Positions 1 to 11,121 of a stretch of 64,000 bases of DNA are shown here, in pieces. The stretch lies in contig JAZFYD010000243.1 in assembly GCA_036443405.1 (NCBI GenBank), positions 2,908 through 66,907 of the forward strand, written 5' to 3'. Origin of the DNA: Planctomycetota bacterium (lineage in GTDB: Bacteria; Planctomycetota; PLA2). How positions within the stretch are numbered: position 1 is the first letter of the stretch; each line of letters begins with the position of its first letter. A model generated the notes under the pieces. That model saw only the letters and a list, made by a program, of their open reading frames with translations. It did no database searches and was not told where the DNA came from. A program made the position numbers and the translations under genes.

Positions 1-1086
1 GGACCTCCCCCATCGAGTCCCCGCCGAACTTTTCCCGAAACGCCCGGGCCAAGACGAACGCCGTCACCGCCTCCGCGATGACCGAAGCCGCTGGCACCGC
101 CGTCACGTCTGAGCGCTCGAAATGGGCATCTTGGCGCCTCTTGGTTCGCAGATCGACGGACTCGAGCGGCTTTCTCAGGGTGCTCAGCGGCTTCATGGCG
201 ATCCGTGCGATCAGCGGCTGGCCGTTGCTCATTCCGCCCTCAAGGCCGCCTGCACGGTTGGTCGGCCGACAAAGGAGACCGTCGCGATTCTGGCGAATCC
301 GGTCGTGGACCTTGGAGCCACGGCGCGTCGCGGCGGAAAACCCGATGCCGAACTCGACCCCCTTCATCGCGGGAATCGCCATCAGCGCCGCGGCCCACTG
401 ACCGTCGAGGCGGCGGTCCACCTGGACGTTGGAGCCAAGTCCGGGCGGGACCCCCGTCGCGACGATTTCGATCAGCCCGCCGAGCGTGTCGCCGTCCTCG
501 GCCGCGGCGTCCACCGCCGCGCGCGCCTTTTTGTCGCGGGCGGGGTCGAGCGAGAAAAACGGCGAAGAGTCTCGCACGTTCGCCGAGAGTTTTCCAGGGC
601 CCAACTTCGCTGAACCGAATTTCACGGGGCCGAGTCGTACGACGTGGCCAAACACCTCGATACCGAACTCGGCGAGAAAGATCGCGGCGAGGGCGCCGAC
701 GCCGGTGCGCACCGCGGTCTCGCGCGCGGACGACCGCTCGAGCACGTCACGCGCGTCCGCATCGTGTCCGAACTTCAGCACGCCGGCGAGATCGGCATGG
801 CCTGGACGCGGCCGGTTCACGGGCGGCAGCTTCGAAAGCGTCTTTGCTTTGTTGGCGACACGTAGCGAGATCGGGTTGCCCGTCGTGACCCCCTTGCGAA
901 CGCCCGAGAGAAAGGTCGCGCGGTCCCTCTCCATCTTCTGCCGGACGGACCGGCCGTACCCGCCCTGGCGCCGGGCCATCAACCCATCGAGGCGCTGGCG
1001 ATCGATCTTCAACCCGGCCGGAAGCCCGGTCACGATCGCGACAAGGGAAGAACCGTGGGACTCGCCCGCCGTGACGTATTCCAACA
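1..1086 (-). CDS. aroC: chorismate synthase, partial (C-terminus beyond the window start)
   Basis: The minus-strand translation from about 1086 reads (M)LEYVTAGESHGSSLVAIVTGLPAGLKIDRQRLDGLMARRQGGYGRS. This matches the chorismate synthase N-terminus (B. subtilis MRYLTAGESHGPQL...ARRQKGHGRGRR). The ORF is absent from the track because it has no stop inside the window. The start is GTG at 1086 or TTG at 1083. Confidence 0.8.
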
Positions 1087-1290
1087 CCGCGTCGTTGTAG
1101 CAACGGCGCCTATCGCTGTCACGGCTCCTGTGCGAGTGTCACGGCACAGACGCGCGCCAAGCGCCCGCTGAGCCCCTCAGACGTACGCCGGCAAGAGATA
1201 GCAGTGCGTTGGATGAGTGCTGGGCAGGAGAGACGGAGAGATCGGAGCCGAGATCAGCTTCGAGATCCGCTCTGCCCGTCCAACGGACTG

Positions 1291-2777
<1,487 letters not shown>

Positions 2778-2781
<4 letters not shown>

Positions 2782-3881
2782 CGGCCCTTCCCCAGGAATG
2801 TGCGGATGGACTCCATGATCCCGTCCTTGTCCGGGATGTCGGACGTGATCACCTCGGGGTCCCCGCCGAACGAGTTGTCGAGGTCGTTCTTGAATTGGCC
2901 CGAGCCGTAGGTCGAACGCACCTGTCCGTAACAGAACACGTTGACCTTCGGCAGGACACGGCCTTTCAAAAGCGCAAGGCAGCGCGCGGTGTCGCCGCCG
3001 GACCAGTTGTCGCCGTCGCTGAAGTGGAACGGGTAGATGTTCCACTCGTCCACCGGGTAGTCGCGTTCGATGATCGAATCGCACAGCTCGTAGGCCGAGG
3101 AGATCTTCGTGCCGCCGGACTCGCGCAGGTGGAAAAACGTGTGGTGGTCGACCTCTTTGGCCTCGGCGTCGTGCACGATGTATCGCGTCTCGATGTGCTG
3201 ATACTGGCTCTTGAGCCAGGTGTCGATCCAGAACGCCTCGATGCGGACGATCTCTTTCTGCTCGTCGCCCATCGACCCCGAGACATCCATCATGTAGATG
3301 ATGACCGCGTTGCTCTGGGGGACGGTGCGCGGCTGCCAGGACCGGTAGCGCATGTCATCGCGGATCGGCACGATCCGGCCACCGCCTTTCCCGAAGTTGC
3401 CCAACGCGATCTCGCGTTTCAGAGCGCGCTTGAACGTGCGCTTCACGTGGCGAAGACTCTCGGGACCCACTCGGCGCAGCCCGCTGTATTTGCTGACCTC
3501 GGTACTGACCGCCTTCGCGCCCTTGGGCTCGATGTTGGGCAGTTCGAGTTCCTCGCCCAGGATGCGCGCGAGCTCCTCGAGGGTGACCTCGACTTCCAAT
3601 TCGTGCTCGCCCGCGCCCTCGCCGGCTTCGCCCTGGCCTTGCTGTTGCTCCGCCGGCACGGGCTCGCCGGGGTCGCCTTCGCCCTGACCGACGCCGCTCT
3701 GGTCCTGGTTTCCGAACATGAAGCGCGGGAGGCGAACCGACGGAAGCGGGATCGTGACCTTTTTCGCGCCGTGGTGCGCGATCATCGATCCGTTCGCGAT
3801 GTGCTTCTTCAGGTCGCGGCGGATCGCGCCACGCACGATCTGCTTGAAGCGGGTGTGGTCGAGTTCGATCCGGTTTACCAC
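2778..3881 (-). CDS. yeaH: YeaH/YhbH family protein (DUF444), PrkA partner
   Basis: 367 aa with an acidic/Gly-rich linker and a conserved C-terminal half ([13 protein letters not shown]...FHFSDGDNW). It sits in the typical position between prkA and spoVR. The start is GTG. Confidence 0.85.
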
Positions 3882-3893
3882 GATGGCCCTACG

Positions 3894-5948
3894 CTACGAC
3901 TTGTCCTGCTGTTTCACATCGCCACGCGCGAAGATGCTGGCCACGAAGTTGAGCGCGTCGGTCGCCGACTCCTCGTTGTAGCCGTAGTTCTTCACCAGGC
4001 GTGACTTGATGACGTCGATTTTCTCCTGCGTCTCGCGATCGACTACGGTGCTGACGAGGCTCGTGAGCTTGATCGAGTCCTTTTGGTCCTCGAACAGCTT
4101 CTTCTCGAGCGCGCGCTGCAGGCGCGGGTTTGCGCGGTAGTCGAACTTCTTGCCCTCGATCGCGAGCGCGCCGATGTAGTTCATGATCTCCCGGCGGAAG
4201 TCGTCCTTGGCGGACTCGCGCACGTCGATCTTCTCCTCGATCGACCGCATGAGCCGCTCGTCGGGCTCCTCCTCCTGGCCGGTGTACGGGTTGGTGACCC
4301 GCTCTTTTTGGGTGTACGCCTTCACGTTGTCGATGTAGTTCGCGCAGAGGCGCCCGATCTGCTCCTCGTCGGCGCTGATCGCACGCTGCACCTCGTTCTT
4401 CACGATCTCCGCGTACTCGTCCTTTACAACGGCGAGCAAGTCGCGGTAGTGCTTGCGCGTTTCCTCGAGCGTGATGAGCGAGTGGTGGTTCAGCCCCTCC
4501 TCGAGTTCGTTCAGCACCATGAACGGGTTGACGCACGTCTCCGAGTAGCTGCGGACGAGCGCGTTGCTGATCTTGTCCTGGATGTAACGCGGCGAAATGC
4601 CGTCCATCCCCTCGCGCGCGTTCTCCTCGCGCAACTCCTTGATGTTCTCCTCGGTGTAGCGCTCCAACGACTTGCCGTTGTAGAGCTTGAGTTTGTCCAT
4701 CAGGGACAGATCGCCCTTTTGGGAGATGCCGAGGCGCGTGAGCACCGCCCACATCGCGGCGATCTCGACGGTGTGCGGCGCAATGTGCTTCGCGACGCTC
4801 TCCTGAGTGAAGTCCTTCTGGTAGATCTGGATTTCGTTGTTGAGCCGCAGGTTGTAGGGCACGTCGATCTTGACCGTGCGGTCGCGGAACGCCTCCATCA
4901 GCTCGTTGTTCATGAGCTTTCTGTACTCGGGCTCGTTCGTGTGCCCGATGATCACCTCGTCGATGTATGTTTGCGCGAACTTCTTCGGCTTGATGCTGTG
5001 CTCCTGCGAGGCGCCCAGCAGGTCGTAGAGGAATGCGACATCCAACTTGAGGACCTCGATGAATTCGAGCACGCCGCGGTTCGCGACGTTGAATTCTCCG
5101 TCGAAGTTGAAAGCGCGCGGGTCGGAGTCGCTTCCGTACTCGGCGAGCTTTCTGTAGTTGACGTCGCCGGTCAGCTCCGTTGAGTCCTGGTTCTTTTCGT
5201 CCTTCGGCTGGAATGTGCCAATGCCGACGCGGTCCTTCTCCGACAATGCGATGCGGCGTACCACGATGTGGTCGAGGACCTTGGACAGGTTGCCGTCGTA
5301 CTGCGTCATCAACTGATCGAAGTAGTACCGGCTGACAGGACTCGGTTCGCCCTCGACACGGAGCTTGTATTCGCGGTCCCACGACGCGTTGATGCGCTCG
5401 ATGATCTGTTCGCGCGCGGCGTGCGGCAGAAGCAACAACGGCTCCTCGTGCATCGGCGACGGGACGAGGACCTCTTCGCCGTCCTCGTCGATACGCCAAC
5501 TGAAGGTGTACAGCGCGCCGTCGTCGGTGCGGCTGTACTCCTCGAGGCCCTTCTTGATGAGGCGGACGATCGTCGACTTGGACGAACCGACCGGTCCGTG
5601 CAGCAAGAGCACGCGCCGCTCGGAGCCGTATCCATGCGCGGCCGCCTTGAAGTGGTCGACCAGCGTTGCCAGAGACTTCTCGAGACCGAAGATCGCGTCC
5701 TTGCCCTTCCCCAGCGGGTCGGAGAAAAACGTGTAACGCGACATCTTCTCCTTGGCACTCGTGCCCACGTCGCTGCCGTGCGAGAGGATCATGTCGAAAA
5801 GCCGCTGGTGCGCGTTGCGCAACACGGCGGGTCTCTCGATGATCAGATCGAGGTACTGGCCGAAGGTGCCCGTCCAGTTCAACTCCCGAAACATCTCGGG
5901 ATCGCTGGCGGACTGAATGGCATCGATAATCTCGGATTTGGAAACCAT
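3894..5948 (-). CDS. prkA: PrkA-family serine protein kinase (AAA+)
   Basis: The 688-aa ORF has Walker [13 protein letters not shown] and PrkA-like domains. ATG at 5948 has GAGG about 8 nt upstream. The track ORF begins at a GTG at 5960. Confidence 0.9.
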   Translation of the reverse strand: MVSKSEIIDAIQSASDPEMFRELNWTGTFGQYLDLIIERPAVLRNAHQRLFDMILSHGSDVGTSAKEKMSRYTFFSDPLGKGKDAIFGLEKSLATLVDHFKAAAHGYGSERRVLLLHGPVGSSKSTIVRLIKKGLEEYSRTDDGALYTFSWRIDEDGEEVLVPSPMHEEPLLLLPHAAREQIIERINASWDREYKLRVEGEPSPVSRYYFDQLMTQYDGNLSKVLDHIVVRRIALSEKDRVGIGTFQPKDEKNQDSTELTGDVNYRKLAEYGSDSDPRAFNFDGEFNVANRGVLEFIEVLKLDVAFLYDLLGASQEHSIKPKKFAQTYIDEVIIGHTNEPEYRKLMNNELMEAFRDRTVKIDVPYNLRLNNEIQIYQKDFTQESVAKHIAPHTVEIAAMWAVLTRLGISQKGDLSLMDKLKLYNGKSLERYTEENIKELREENAREGMDGISPRYIQDKISNALVRSYSETCVNPFMVLNELEEGLNHHSLITLEETRKHYRDLLAVVKDEYAEIVKNEVQRAISADEEQIGRLCANYIDNVKAYTQKERVTNPYTGQEEEPDERLMRSIEEKIDVRESAKDDFRREIMNYIGALAIEGKKFDYRANPRLQRALEKKLFEDQKDSIKLTSLVSTVVDRETQEKIDVIKSRLVKNYGYNEESATDALNFVASIFARGDVKQQDKS

Positions 5949-5967
5949 AGGGGGCCTCACATCTTTA

Positions 5968-6030
5968 TTTGCCCAACGGCTTACCCCGTTGGAGCCACTT
6001 CTTGCTCAACGGCTTACGCCGCTAGAGGCT
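5968..6030 (+). repeat. two tandem degenerate copies of the dispersed palindromic unit TTGCCCAACGGCTGACGCCGTTGGAGCC, upstream of prkA
   Basis: Copy 1 is tttgcccaacggcttaccccgttggagcc and copy 2 is ttgctcaacggcttacgccgctagaggc. The consensus core CCAACGGC-TGAC-GCCGTTGG is a perfect 8-bp inverted repeat. Confidence 0.7.
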
Positions 6031-6315
6031 TCACGTGATCCCACGAAAAAACACCGGTCGGGTCGCTTGCGCGCCCACCCCGGCGTTTCCGCAGGTCGCT
6101 TGTTCTGAAAAGGATCCGGGCGGACCGGTGAACCGGCCCCCCGCTACCTCGAAGATAGCACAAATTGGTACTCGCAAAGGGGTTAGGTCAGACCGTACTC
6201 CCCAGAGCACGGTCTCCGATCAGTTTGCCAAACGCGTTTGTTCACACGTCCTTGATACGAATTCCATCGGCCCGATTGCCGTGCTTCGCCAGTCCGGGCC
6301 GGCGACAATTCTCCA

Positions 6316-7623
6316 CTACCGCCCCGGAGTGACGACCTGGCCGCCGGAGTCTTCGGCCAGCGTGCGCAGCCAAGGGGTGCCTTTTCGGCCGAGCGCCACG
6401 AGATGAACGGTCGCGCGATCCAACGGCAGCATGTCGAATTGCCGGCGCACGTGGCGTTGCGGCATCGACTTCGACGTCTCGTGACCGTCGGTGACCAAGA
6501 AGAGCTCGCCGGACATTTTCGGCTCTTTCGAGAGAGCCTCCTTGAGCATGGCGAGCCCACTCACGATGGACCGCGTCACGTCGGTCTGTTCCCCCGCCGG
6601 GAGATCGTTGATCCAGCGCTCCGCTTTCGCCTTCTGCCTTATCGTCGCGGGCTCGAGCGTCTTGGGCCCGCTGAAAAAGAACATCCGTTGATCGAAACAC
6701 AGGACGTTGAACTTCACGTCCGTGGATAGCCCGAACAACGCCCTTTTGAATTCCTGGAAGTGGAGAGAGCGTTTGCCGTCGCGCATGCTGCTCGACATGT
6801 CGATCACGAACACGACACGTTTGGCGCGGATCGGAATGCCGTAGAGCCGCGGCACAACACCACGAATCGGCCCCTCGTAGATCTTCACCTTGCGCGTGCT
6901 GTCCGCGACCGTCTTCGTCTCCTGGTTCGGATCGTTCTGCTCTCCGGCGGCTTTCTCCGCGGCCTTGGCGAGAAACTCGATCCACTTTTCCGAGTTGAGT
7001 CCGAACGCACGGCCGGTGAGCCGTTCCAGCGCCTCCGCCGCGCGCGCCCGCACACCGGGGTGTTTGTCACTGAGCGCCTTCACCAGCGGCAACCGGGCGT
7101 TTCGACGCGCGCCCGCCAACAACAGCTCGATCATGCCGGCCCGCATGCGCCACGACGCGTCCTCGGTGAGCGTGCGAACAATCGCCCGTTGCAATCGCGG
7201 ATCCGCATGATCGCGCACGATTTCCGAGATCCGTTGCTGCACCGCGGAATGGGGATCGAGCACGCCGACCACCAACCGGTCCAGCGCCCGATCCGTGCGC
7301 AGCATCAAAAGGAGGTCGAAGGCGGCGAGCCGCACGTTCGTGACCGGTTCGTTCTTCAGCCCTCTGGCGACACTCGAAGCCGCCTTGTTACGCGACTTGT
7401 CGTCGGCCTCCGCCACGAGACGGCCGGCATCCTGCAGCGCGCCCACCCGCACCGCGGGGTCTTTCTTGCGAAACGCCCGGGAGCACTCCTCGACCAGGCC
7501 CGCGTGCGCGTTGCCCGCCAGGAGCCCGATCACGCACCACACCGGGAGCCGGGCGGCAAACTGCGGCCATCGGGCCGCGGAAGAGGTCGGATCCGAGGAA
7601 GACAACGACGAAGGGACAGGCAT
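6316..7623 (-). CDS. secreted HEAT-repeat protein with C-terminal von Willebrand factor A domain
   Basis: The N-terminal half has PBS-lyase-type HEAT repeats. The C-terminal part is a VWA domain with the MIDAS motif VVFVIDMSSSM plus LCFD and LVTDGHET. The ATG is preceded by AAGGCAGG. Confidence 0.7.
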   Translation of the reverse strand: MPVPSSLSSSDPTSSAARWPQFAARLPVWCVIGLLAGNAHAGLVEECSRAFRKKDPAVRVGALQDAGRLVAEADDKSRNKAASSVARGLKNEPVTNVRLAAFDLLLMLRTDRALDRLVVGVLDPHSAVQQRISEIVRDHADPRLQRAIVRTLTEDASWRMRAGMIELLLAGARRNARLPLVKALSDKHPGVRARAAEALERLTGRAFGLNSEKWIEFLAKAAEKAAGEQNDPNQETKTVADSTRKVKIYEGPIRGVVPRLYGIPIRAKRVVFVIDMSSSMRDGKRSLHFQEFKRALFGLSTDVKFNVLCFDQRMFFFSGPKTLEPATIRQKAKAERWINDLPAGEQTDVTRSIVSGLAMLKEALSKEPKMSGELFLVTDGHETSKSMPQRHVRRQFDMLPLDRATVHLVALGRKGTPWLRTLAEDSGGQVVTPGR

Positions 7624-7634
7624 GCCTGCCTTAT

Positions 7635-9116
7635 TTAACGTTGCACGTGTCGGTTCAGGATACTTTCAAATTGGCGGCGCTGAATTCGCTGCTGACCGTC
7701 CGTCAGGGGCCCCAGCATTTCGAGGCCTTTTTCCGCGGCCTTGACCGTTCCGATGCGCTCCAGCGCTTTCAAGCCGGTCATCCGTTCGTTGTTGCGCGCG
7801 GCTTTTTCGATGAACCGGGTCAGGGCGTCGATGGACTCCTCCCGTCCGCGGCGTCCGAGCGCACCGGCGGCGGCACGGCGCACACTAACGTCGGCGTCGA
7901 CGAGCCCCTTGTGCGCCGTCGTGACCGCCGCTTCGTTGAGTCGCGGCTGACTGCGCAGCGCGAACATCAGACTTCGGCGCCCGTCCGCGGGCAGCGAGTC
8001 CCAACTCTTGGTGAACACGGCGAGCGACTTTGGATCCGAAACCCGTCCGATCTCGCGGAGCGCGCTCTTCGCCAGCGGGCCGCCGCCTTGACCAAGTGCC
8101 AGGAGGCGTTCCGCCGACTCCTCTCCTCCGATCTTTGCGAGAGCTCCGAGCGCGTTCCGCTGCACGCGCGGATCGGTTTCGGTTTCCAGGACATTCCAGA
8201 GCACGCGAGCGTGTTTGGGATTCCGCGAGTTGCCGAGGATCGCGACGAGCGACGCCAGCTTTCGTTTGTCCGTCGTCTCCCGCATCTCTCTGGCGGCGTC
8301 GTTGATGATCGAGGGAATACGCGTCTTCTTGAGGTGTTCCTCGATCGCCGCCCGCGTCTCCGGCCGCAGCGTGTCCGACAACTTCGCATAGAGCGCCTCG
8401 CTGGCTTCCAAACCGCCGATGCGGGAGATCGTCTGCACGATCTCCTTCTCGTCGTCCAGGCCGATTCCGATGCTGTCCACGAGTTTCGGCAAGACGGACG
8501 CAACCTTGATGGAACCGAGCGCGTCGAGAACGCCCATGCGCGTGTACGACCTCTTCGGGTGGTCGTGCAGCAGTTTGATCAGCCGTTCGGCGATCTTCTC
8601 GTGGCCGTGGATCGCGCCCAACGCCATGCCGGCGTAACGCCTGGATGTCGCCGGCTCCATCTCCTGCAACATCACGAAGAGCTTGTCGATCACCGCCGGA
8701 TGAACGCGGTAGCCGAGCTTGCGCAGGATGCTCTTGAGCTCGAGCGCCATCGGCCAGCTCTTGTTCACGTTTTTGGGATCAGCAATCAACTCGATCAGTT
8801 CGAGCACGCGTTTGGAGAGTTCGTCCGCGTTCGAGAGATCCCCCTCGGGCGTGCGCGCGGGCAATCCCGTTCTCGGATCCAGTGTTTGATACGCCAGGCG
8901 GTCGGACTGCGGCCGCCGCTTCGCCACGGTGTTCGACGATCCGGCGGTCCCCGTCGTCGAGCGCTCGCGGCGCTTACGTGCCACCGCGTCGCGGTCCGCT
9001 CGATCGAATGCATCGCCGTCGCCGTCGCCGTCCAGGATCTGCGTCAGGAGCACCGCCGTCAGGGCAATCCCCGTGACGACGCCCAAGAGCGGGAGGAGTT
9101 TCGATCGTTTCGGCAT
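7635..9116 (-). CDS. membrane-anchored HEAT-repeat protein
   Basis: Repeated HEAT-like units run through the body (VRRAAAGALGR, PRVQRNALGAL and others). The N-terminus has a TM segment (LLPLLGVVTGIALTAVLL). The start is ATG at 9116, or TTG at 9176 as in the track. Confidence 0.65.
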   Translation of the reverse strand: MPKRSKLLPLLGVVTGIALTAVLLTQILDGDGDGDAFDRADRDAVARKRRERSTTGTAGSSNTVAKRRPQSDRLAYQTLDPRTGLPARTPEGDLSNADELSKRVLELIELIADPKNVNKSWPMALELKSILRKLGYRVHPAVIDKLFVMLQEMEPATSRRYAGMALGAIHGHEKIAERLIKLLHDHPKRSYTRMGVLDALGSIKVASVLPKLVDSIGIGLDDEKEIVQTISRIGGLEASEALYAKLSDTLRPETRAAIEEHLKKTRIPSIINDAAREMRETTDKRKLASLVAILGNSRNPKHARVLWNVLETETDPRVQRNALGALAKIGGEESAERLLALGQGGGPLAKSALREIGRVSDPKSLAVFTKSWDSLPADGRRSLMFALRSQPRLNEAAVTTAHKGLVDADVSVRRAAAGALGRRGREESIDALTRFIEKAARNNERMTGLKALERIGTVKAAEKGLEMLGPLTDGQQRIQRRQFESILNRHVQR

Positions 9117-9185
9117 TCCTGTGGCGCGGCGTTCGGCGCCGCATCGGTCCTGGCCCAACCATTTGCGACTCAGCAATCATCATCG

Positions 9186-9315
9186 CCCCAACGGCGCCAG
9201 CCATTGGGCGAAAAACCAAGAGCACTGAGTCCATCTCAAACTGCTCGAACGCACTGGCTCCAACGGCGTCAGCCGTTGGGCAAACAACACCGCGGCGTCA
9301 GCCGTTGGGCAAACT
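9186..9315 (-). repeat. composite copy of the dispersed repeat: CCATCTCAAAC terminus, a full palindromic unit, a half unit, and an extra degenerate unit
   Basis: ccccaacggcgccagccattgggcg at 9186, then ccatctcaaac at 9231-9241. ctccaacggcgtcagccgttgggcaaac runs 9258-9285, and ggcgtcagccgttgggcaaac 9294-9313. It lies between puuD-like and the HEAT gene. Confidence 0.8.
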
Positions 9316-10092
9316 ACACTGGCGGGAATTGGACGCCACAGACCCCCGTGCGACTTCCGCCGCTTTGACAAATGCATCAAAAACCGCGCGGCTGGCGGAA
9401 TCTCCGGCCTGCGCCGAGATCTCGGGATGCCATTGGAGCGCGATGCAGAACGACGCGGCCGGGTCCTCGATCGACTCGATGAGGCCGTCCGTGACGGTCC
9501 GCGACGAAACGACCAGGCCTTCGCCCAACAACCGGCAGGCCTGGTGGTGAAACGAGTTCACCTCGAGCGGGCCGGCGCCGACGATGTCCGCGAGGCGGGT
9601 GTCCGGCGCCACATCGACGGTGTGCCAGGTCCGATCGCCCAGCGTCTTTTGTACGTGCGCCACGGTGGAGTCCGTTTGGCTGACGAGATCCTGATAGATG
9701 TCCCCGCCGAACGCGACGTTCAGGATCTGGATTCCGCGGCAGACCCCCAACATCGGCAAGTCGCACTCCCGGGCGGCCCGGGCCAGTTCGATCTCGAAGA
9801 GGTCCCGCCGTTCGTCCACCAAATCGACGCTCGCGTGGGGCTCCTCGCCGAAGAGCTGGGCCTTGGGATCGTCCCCGCCGCTCAGCAGCAGACCGTCGCA
9901 AAGCTCCACGTATTCCGCAGCCCGCGAAGGATCCTCGACGGTCGGCAGAATGACCGGCAGCGCGCCGGCCGCCTCCAGAACCTCGGTGTAGGCGCGCAAA
10001 AGCGTCTCGGCCTCGCGCAGCGCTTTGGAGCCCTGCATGAGGACGGTGCGGGCCGTGACACCCACGACGGGCCGTTTCCTGTCGGCGACCAT
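9298..10092 (-). CDS. gamma-glutamyl-GABA hydrolase family class I glutamine amidotransferase (peptidase C26, PuuD-like)
   Basis: Motifs RPVVGVTA, LLLSGGDDP, the catalytic Cys in GVCRGIQILNVAFGG, SFHHQA and WHPE are all present. The N-terminal 263 aa of track ORF 9298..10881 are antisense read-through of the GHMP kinase gene. The start is ATG at 10092. Confidence 0.75.
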   Translation of the reverse strand: MVADRKRPVVGVTARTVLMQGSKALREAETLLRAYTEVLEAAGALPVILPTVEDPSRAAEYVELCDGLLLSGGDDPKAQLFGEEPHASVDLVDERRDLFEIELARAARECDLPMLGVCRGIQILNVAFGGDIYQDLVSQTDSTVAHVQKTLGDRTWHTVDVAPDTRLADIVGAGPLEVNSFHHQACRLLGEGLVVSSRTVTDGLIESIEDPAASFCIALQWHPEISAQAGDSASRAVFDAFVKAAEVARGSVASNSRQCSLPNG

Positions 10093-10119
10093 GTACAAAG
10101 TATCGGTGGAAACCCCGAC

Positions 10120-11109
10120 ATGCGCACGATCAAGGCGAACGCCGCGACCCGAGTCGATCTCGCCGGAGGGACGGTGGACATCTGGCCGGTCTGCCATCTC
10201 TTGGACGAACCGGCGCACACCGTCAACGCCGCCGTGAACCTGCGCGCGCACGTCGTGGTGTCGGAAACCGAAGACGGCCTCGTCACGATCGACCCCGGTT
10301 TCGACGATGTGGTGGTCTATCCCGTCGGGGAGTTGAAACACGACCGCCTTGGGCTGGTCACGCGGCTGGTCCAGCACTTCGGCGCCCATGAAGGCCTCTC
10401 GATTCGTTTGAAGACCGAGGCGCCGCCCAAGTCGGGGCTGGGCGGATCGAGCGCGCTGTCGGTCGCGCTGGGCGGAGCGTTGTCGCGCCTTCGCGGCGGG
10501 CTGCCGAGCGCCACGGTGTTCATCCGCATGCTGCAAAACGTCGAAACGCGGCTCCTGGGCACCTCGACCGGGTATCAGGACTACGTGCCCGCCGTCGGCG
10601 GCGGCGTTCACACCATCGTCGCCCATCCCGAAGATCTCGAACTGCACAGTGAAGAGGGCGCCGTCGAATTCCTCGAGGACAAACTGCATCTGATCGACAC
10701 CGCGATCCCCCACCACAGCGGCATGAACAACTGGCAGGCAGTCCGGGCGTTTCTTGATGGAGACGCCGACGTCATCGCCCGTTTCAACGGAATCAACGCC
10801 GCGGCCATCGCGATGCGCGACGCTGTGCGCGCGCGGGACATGGACGCGGTCGCGGCCGCGCTCGACGCGGAGTGGCGCCACCGCCGGAAACTCTCCCCCG
10901 TGGTCAGCAACGAAAAGATCGAGAGCATCGTCGCGGCGGTCAAACGTGCGGGCGCCACGGCCGCGAAGGTGTGTGGCGCGGGCGGCGGAGGTTGCCTCGT
11001 CGCCGTCGGCGGCGAGAGCGAAGCGGTTTACGCGGCAGCCGAGTCGGCCGGTGGAAGTCGAATCGAGTTTCGCCTCGACCGCCGCGCGCTCGAAGTCGAG
11101 GAGGCCTAG
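10120..11109 (+). CDS. GHMP-family sugar kinase
   Basis: Contains the GHMP ATP-binding motif PPKSGLGGSSALSVAL and C-terminal KVCGAGGGGCLVAV. The ATG is preceded by GGTGGA at -9. The upstream part of ORF 9427..11109 is antisense to the PuuD-like gene. Confidence 0.75.
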   Translation: MRTIKANAATRVDLAGGTVDIWPVCHLLDEPAHTVNAAVNLRAHVVVSETEDGLVTIDPGFDDVVVYPVGELKHDRLGLVTRLVQHFGAHEGLSIRLKTEAPPKSGLGGSSALSVALGGALSRLRGGLPSATVFIRMLQNVETRLLGTSTGYQDYVPAVGGGVHTIVAHPEDLELHSEEGAVEFLEDKLHLIDTAIPHHSGMNNWQAVRAFLDGDADVIARFNGINAAAIAMRDAVRARDMDAVAAALDAEWRHRRKLSPVVSNEKIESIVAAVKRAGATAAKVCGAGGGGCLVAVGGESEAVYAAAESAGGSRIEFRLDRRALEVEEA

Positions 11110-11121
11110 CGACGCCCAGCG

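Noticed and set aside
747-1103. 118-aa track ORF on the minus strand at the left edge.
   Set aside because: It is an R/P/G-rich alternative frame. The true gene here is chorismate synthase in another minus-strand frame, and it was missed by the track because it has no stop within the window.
3838-4005. Apparent 1-nt coordinate discrepancy between the printed sequence and the ORF track around 3841-4005.
   Set aside because: It is most likely a transcription or indexing artefact and not biological. Gene ends were anchored on the ORF track and starts derived by codon arithmetic.
5917-6108. Short ORFs encoding AQRLTPLEP-type peptides (also 9180..9380, 30810..31274, 31271..31957 and 31354..31590).
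   Set aside because: These are translations of the palindromic dispersed repeat in different copies, not genes.
5949-6315. Search for a sigma54 (TGGCAC-N5-TTGC) promoter upstream of prkA, as known for E. coli yeaG.
   Set aside because: No convincing -24/-12 element was found on the prkA strand in this intergenic region. The promoter remains undefined.
9427-10119. N-terminal 231 codons of track ORF 9427..11109, and likewise the N-terminal 263 codons of 9298..10881.
   Set aside because: Each is the antisense read-through of the other gene. Conserved family motifs (GHMP, PuuD) begin only at the internal ATGs 10120 and 10092.
10093-10119. A 27-bp gap between the divergent PuuD-like and GHMP kinase starts looked too small to hold two promoters.
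   Set aside because: Both genes have strong family motifs beginning right at these ATGs. The promoters presumably lie within the partner coding regions. The start of the PuuD-like gene could be a nearby TTG, but this does not change the call.
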